A DNA stretch of 28,698 nt from Eledone cirrhosa (taxonomy: Eukaryota), in the NCBI GenBank assembly GCA_964016885.1, contig CAXHJY010001455.1:1-28698 (forward strand), written 5' to 3'. A model generated the notes under the pieces. The model saw only the letters and a list, made by a program, of their open reading frames with translations. It was not told the DNA's origin and searched no databases. The position numbers were made by a program, and so were the translations under genes. Positions 23,001-28,698 of this stretch are shown here, in pieces; within the stretch, counting starts at the first letter, position 1; every line of letters starts with the position of its first letter.

Positions 23001-23627
23001 ACCCTATGCTATGACGGATGTCTCCGCCTCGACGACATGCCGTCTAGAACTCGTCCGCCCCGCCTGCACGTTAACGCCCGCCCTCCGCCTCCGCTCCGTC
23101 TTCCGCCTCCGATGCGTGTTCTGCCCGTAAAGTCTTGCCAACTTGGCCGCCTCCGACCCGTGTGTGGCTGCAGGGGAATCCAGCCGACGACGACGCCCGG
23201 ACGGGGCGTCGTGGTGGTAGCTTGGCTTGGTCGATGCGACGACAACACGCCGCCCAAACTTGCTTCCTTCGGGGAGGCCCCGTGTAGACGGCGGAAAGAA
23301 ATCCATTCCGCCGGCTAGGCGGTTCCGCCGCCGACCCGTACTTTTACGAGTAGCTGCCGGGAAAGAGAAGCGGCAAGACGGCGTGTATACCCGTCGCGAG
23401 GCGAAGTTCCGCGACGCGACACGACGCCTTCCGTCTTCCGCCTCGAACCCGGCAAACGTTCCTTTATTCGTTCTCGCCTTGCCGCTTCGATGGCGAGAAA
23501 GTTCGCAACCCGCCGGCGAGGCGTATCCGCCGCCGACCCGTAGGGCTGCGCAACGCCTGCGGGGAATACCACCGAGTAGGGATTTTGCAGCACGGCCAGG
23601 GGGTTCTGTCTATTATATAGGGTAGGC
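20074..23627 (+). repeat. Higher-order block A-H-H-D-I, copy 3 (5 monomers)
   Basis: Spacings 708,706,706,717,717 and alleles match 12235-15788 at offset 7839. Confidence 0.9.
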
Positions 23628-26600
23628 TTGATCGGACGAGCTCGAAGAAAACGATTCCGGGTGCTACCCGTCGAGAGTCGTGAATATTCCGTTTACAAGA
23701 CGGGTACGTGCCGGCCTACCCTATGCTATGACGGATGTCTCCGCCTCGACGACATGCCGTCTAGAACTCGTCCGCCCCGCCTGCACGTTAACGCCCGCCC
23801 TCCGCCTCCGATGCCGTGTTCCGCCTCCGATGCGTGTTCTGCCCGTAAAGTCTTGCCAACTTGGCCGCCTCCGACCCGTGTGTGGCTGCAGGGGAATCCA
23901 GCCGACGACGACGCCCGGACGGGGCGTCGTGGTGGTAGCTTGGCTTGGTCGATGCGACGACAACACGCCGCCCAAACTTGCTTCCTTCGGGGAGGCCCCG
24001 TGTAGACGGCGGAAAGAAATCCATTCCGCCGGCTAGGCGGTTCCGCCGCCGACCCGTACTTTTACGAGTAGCTGCCGGGAAAGAGAGGCGGCAAGACGGC
24101 GTGTATACCCGTCGCGAGGCGAAGTTCCGCGACGCGACACGACGCCTTCCGTCTTCCGCCTCGAACCCGGCAAACGTTCCTTTATTCGTTCTCGCCCTTG
24201 CCGCTTCGATGGCGAGAAAGTTCGCAACCCGCCGGCGAGGCGTATCCGCCGCCGACCCGTAGGGCTGCGCAACGCCTGCGGGGAATACCACCGAGTAGGG
24301 ATTTTGCAGCACGGCCAGGGGGTTCTGTCTATTATATAGGGTAGGCTTGATCGGACGAGCTCGAAGAAAACGATTCCGGGTGCTACCCGTCGAGAGTCGT
24401 GAATATTCCGTTTACAAGACGGGTACGTGCCGGCCTACCCTATGCTATGACGGATGTCTCCGCCTCGACGACATGCCGTCTAGAACTCGTCCGCCCCGCC
24501 TGCACGTTAACGCCCGCCCTCCGCCTCCGATGCCGTGTTCCGCCTCCGATGCGTGTTCTGCCCGTAAAGTCTTGCCAACTTGGCCGCCTCCGACCCGTGT
24601 GTGGCTGCAGGGGAATCCAGCCGACGACGACGCCCGGACGGGGCGTCGTGGTGGTAGCTTGGCTTGGTCGATGCGACGACAACACGCCGCCCAAACTTGC
24701 TTCCTTCGGGGAGGCCCCGTGTAGACGGCGGAAAGAAATCCATTCCGCCGGCTAGGCGGTTCCGCCGCCGACCCGTACTTTTACGAGTAGCTGCCGGGAA
24801 AGAGAGGCGGCAAGACGGCGTGTATACCCGTCGCGAGGCGAAGTTCCGCGACGCGACACGACGCCTTCCGTCTTCCGCCTCGAACCCGGCAAACGTTCTC
24901 GCCCTTGCCGCTTCGATGGCGAGAAAAGTTCGCAACCCGCCGGCGAGGCGTATCCGCCGCCGACCCGTAGGGCTGCGCAACGCCTGCGGGGAATACCACC
25001 GAGTAGGGATTTTGCAGCACGGCCAGGGGGTTCTGTCTATTATATAGGGTAGGCTTGATCGGACGAGCTCGAAGAAAACGATTCCGGGTGCTACCCGTCG
25101 AGAGTCGTGAATATTCCGTTTTCAAGACGGGTACGTGCCGGCCTACCCTATGCTATGACGGATGTCTCCGCCTCGACGACATGCCGTCTAGAACTCGTCC
25201 GCCCCGCCTGCACGTTAACGCCCGCCCTCCGCCTCCGCTCCGTCTTCCGCCTCCGATGCGTGTTCTGCCCGTAAAGTCTTGCCAACTTGGCCGCCTCCGA
25301 CCCGTGTGTGGCTGCAGGGGAATCCAGCCGACGACGACGCCCGGACGGGGCGTCGTGGTGGTAGCTTGGCTTGGTCGATGCGACGACAACACGCCGCCCA
25401 AACTTGCTTCCTTCGGGGAGGCCCCGTGTAGACGGCGGAAAGAAATCCATTCCGCCGGCTAGGCGGTTCCGCCGCCGACCCGTACTTTTACGAGTAGCTG
25501 CCGGGAAAGAGAAGCGGCAAGACGGCGTGTATACCCGTCGCGAGGCGAAGTTCCGCGACGCGACACGACGCCTTCCGTCTTCCGCCTCGAACCCGGCAAA
25601 CGTTCCTTTATTCGTTCTCGCCTTGCCGCTTCGATGGCGAGAAAGTTCGCAACCCGCCGGCGAGGCGTATCCGCCGCCGACCCGTAGGGCTGCGCAACGC
25701 CTGCGGGGAATACCACCGAGTAGGGATTTTGCAGCACGGCCAGGGGGTTCTGTCTATTATATAGGGTAGGCTTGATCGGACGAGCTCGAAGAAAACGATT
25801 CCGGGTGCTACCCGTCGAGAGTCGTGAATATTCCGTTTTCAAGACGGGTACGTGCCGGCCTACCCTATGCTATGACGGATGTCTCCGCCTCGACGACATG
25901 CCGTCTAGAACTCGTCCGCCCCGCCTGCACGTTAACGCCCGCCCTCCGCCTCCGCTCCGTCTTCCGCCTCCGATGCGTGTTCTGCCCGTAAAGTCTTGCC
26001 AACTTGGCCGCCTCCGACCCGTGTGTGGCTGCAGGGGAATCCAGCCGACGACGACGCCCGGACGGGGCGTCGTGGTGGTAGCTTGGCTTGGTCGATGCGA
26101 CGACAACACGCCGCCCAAACTTGCTTCCTTCGGGGAGGCCCCGTGTAGACGGCGGAAAGAAATCCATTCCGCCGGCTAGGCGGTTCCGCCGCCGACCCGT
26201 ACTTTTACGAGTAGCTGCCGGGAAAGAGAGGCGGCAAGACGGCGTGTATACCCGTCGCGAGGCGAAGTTCCGCGACGCGACACGACGCCTTCCGTCTTCC
26301 GCCTCGAACCCGGCAAACGTTCCTTTATTCGTTCTCGCCCTTGCCGCTTCGATGGCGAGAAAGTTCGCAACCCGCCGGCGAGGCGTATCCGCCGCCGACC
26401 CGTAGGGCTGCGCAACGCCTGCGGGGAATACCACCGAGTAGGGATTTTGCAGCACGGCCAGGGGGTTCTGTCTATTATATAGGGTAGGCTTGATCGGACG
26501 AGCTCGAAGAAAACGATTCCGGGTGCTACCCGTCGAGAGTCGTGAATATTCCGTTTACAAGACGGGTACGTGCCGGCCTACCCTATGCTATGACGGATGT

Positions 26601-28698
26601 CTCCGCCTCGACGACATGCCGTCTAGAACTCGTCCGCCCCGCCTGCACGTTAACGCCCGCCCTCCGCCTCCGATGCCGTGTTCCGCCTCCGATGCGTGTT
26701 CTGCCCGTAAAGTCTTGCCAACTTGGCCGCCTCCGACCCGTGTGTGGCTGCAGGGGAATCCAGCCGACGACGACGCCCGGACGGGGCGTCGTGGTGGTAG
26801 CTTGGCTTGGACGATGCGACGACAACACGCCGCCCAAACTTGCTTCCTTCGGGGAGGCCCCGTGTAGACGGCGGAAAGAAATCCATTCCGCCGGCTAGGC
26901 GGTTCCGCCGCCGACCCGTACTTTTACGAGTAGCTGCCGGGAAAGAGAGGCGGCAAGACGGCGTGTATACCCGTCGCGAGGCGAAGTTCCGCGACGCGAC
27001 ACGACGCCTTCCGTCTTCCGCCTCGAACCCGGCAAACGTTCCTTTATTCGTTCTCGCCCTTGCCGCTTCGATGGCGAGAAAGTTCGCAACCCGCCGGCGA
27101 GGCGTATCCGCCGCCGACCCGTAGGGCTGCGCAACGCCTGCGGGGAATACCACCGAGTAGGGATTTTGCAGCACGGCCAGGGGGTTCTGTCTATTATATA
27201 GGGTAGGCTTGATCGGACGAGCTCGAAGAAAACGATTCCGGGTGCTACCCGTCGAGAGTCGTGAATATTCCGTTTACAAGACGGGTACGTGCCGGCCTAC
27301 CCTATGCTATGACGGATGTCTCCGCCTCGACGACATGCCGTCTAGAACTCGTCCGCCCCGCCTGCACGTTAACGCCCGCCCTCCGCCTCCGATGCCGTGT
27401 TCCGCCTCCGATGCGTGTTCTGCCCGTAAAGTCTTGCCAACTTGGCCGCCTCCGACCCGTGTGTGGCTGCAGGGGAATCCAGCCGACGACGACGCCCGGA
27501 CGGGGCGTCGTGGTGGTAGCTTGGCTTGGTCGATGCGACGACAACACGCCGCCCAAACTTGCTTCCTTCGGGGAGGCCCCGTGTAGACGGCGGAAAGAAA
27601 TCCATTCCGCCGGCTAGGCGGTTCCGCCGCCGACCCGTACTTTTACGAGTAGCTGCCGGGAAAGAGAGGCGGCAAGACGGCGTGTATACCCGTCGCGAGG
27701 CGAAGTTCCGCGACGCGACACGACGCCTTCCGTCTTCCGCCTCGAACCCGGCAAACGTTCTCGCCCTTGCCGCTTCGATGGCGAGAAAAGTTCGCAACCC
27801 GCCGGCGAGGCGTATCCGCCGCCGACCCGTAGGGCTGCGCAACGCCTGCGGGGAATACCACCGAGTAGGGATTTTGCAGCACGGCCAGGGGGTTCTGTCT
27901 ATTATATAGGGTAGGCTTGATCGGACGAGCTCGAAGAAAACGATTCCGGGTGCTACCCGTCGAGAGTCGTGAATATTCCGTTTACAAGACGGGTACGTGC
28001 CGGCCTACCCTATGCTATGACGGATGTCTCCGCCTCGACGACATGCCGTCTAGAACTCGTCCGCCCCGCCTGCACGTTAACGCCCGCCCTCCGCCTCCGC
28101 TCCGTCTTCCGCCTCCGATGCGTGTTCTGCCCGTAAAGTCTTGCCAACTTGGCCGCCTCCGACCCGTGTGTGGCTGCAGGGGAATCCAGCCGACGACGAC
28201 GCCCGGACGGGGCGTCGTGGTGGTAGCTTGGCTTGGTCGATGCGACGACAACACGCCGCCCAAACTTGCTTCCTTCGGGGAGGCCCCGTGTAGACGGCGG
28301 AAAGAAATCCATTCCGCCGGCTAGGCGGTTCCGCCGCCGACCCGTACTTTTACGAGTAGCTGCCGGGAAAGAGAGGCGGCAAGACGGCGTGTATACCCGT
28401 CGCGAGGCGAAGTTCCGCGACGCGACACGACGCCTTCCGTCTTCCGCCTCGAACCCGGCAAACGTTCCTTTATTCGTTCTCGCCCTTGCCGCTTCGATGG
28501 CGAGAAAGTTCGCAACCCGCCGGCGAGGCGTATCCGCCGCCGACCCGTAGGGCTGCGCAACGCCTGCGGGGAATACCACCGAGTAGGGATTTTGCAGCAC
28601 GGCCAGGGGGTTCTGTCTATTATATAGGGTAGGCTTGATCGGACGAGCTCGAAGAAAACGATTCCGGGTGCTACCCGTCGAGAGTCGTGAATATTCCG

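Larger units (their letters stand above)
1..28698. repeat. Tandem array (satellite/macrosatellite-like) of a 706-719 bp GC-rich monomer, ~40.2 copies, all in the same orientation
   Basis: Seen directly. The anchor TTGATCGGACG recurs at 107, 815, 1533, 2240, 2957, 3675, 4394, 5113, 5821, 6527, 7233, 7950, 8667, 9384, 10103, 10810, 11516, 12235, 12943, 13649, 14355, 15072, 15789, 16495, 17214, 17921, 18638, 19356, 20074, 20782, 21488, 22194, 22911, 23628, 24347, 25055, 25772, 26490, 27209, 27917 and 28635. Spacings fall into two classes: 706-708 (17 units) and 717-719 (23 units). Confidence 0.99.

Noticed and set aside
107-28600. Repeated ORFs of 75-196 aa on both strands (MIGRARRK..., MVDATTT..., MLQNPYS... 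and others)
   Set aside because: They are Arg/Pro/Gly-rich translations typical of GC-rich non-coding DNA, overlap in many frames, show no recognisable domain, often use non-ATG starts, and are frameshifted by common 1-bp indels among otherwise identical units.
1-28698. CRISPR array
   Set aside because: The sequence between the short repeats is itself identical from unit to unit, so there are no unique spacers, and no cas genes are present.
1-28698. Pure sequencing or amplification concatemer of a single ~710-bp circle
   Set aside because: Recurrent linked alleles, a discrete 12-bp indel and repeated multi-unit blocks are not expected from copying one template. Local mis-assembly of unit order remains possible.

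Overview
The whole 28,698-bp window is one uninterrupted head-to-tail tandem array of a GC-rich (~63% by hand count of unit 1), CpG-rich monomer of 706-719 bp. There are 40 complete units between the recurring anchor TTGATCGGACG at 107 and at 28635 (mean ~713 bp), plus partial units at both ends. No unique flanking sequence is present. I see no credible protein gene, rRNA, tRNA, transposase or CRISPR array. The ORFs are products of the repeat and are shifted between frames by recurrent 1-bp indels. Each monomer has three notable properties: (i) one AT-rich island containing TATATAGGGTAGGC, resembling plant/arthropod RNA polymerase I initiation motifs; (ii) a dense set of inverted repeats starting at that motif, including a possible pseudoknot, a cUUCGg hairpin and a ~100-nt rod; (iii) a strand-biased CCGCC(T/G)C(C)GA motif family. 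I found nine variable sites, all recurrent, which define 13 unit types in the order A B C D E F G A H H D I J G C' H G A H H D I K G C D E L A H H D I G A I E F A B. This order shows multi-unit duplications and mosaic units. The best working hypothesis (inference) is a eukaryotic rDNA intergenic-spacer (spacer-promoter) subrepeat array or a satellite derived from one. The alternatives are a tandem array of an undescribed structured ncRNA gene or an integrated concatemer of a small circular element. Organism and function cannot be fixed from this window alone.
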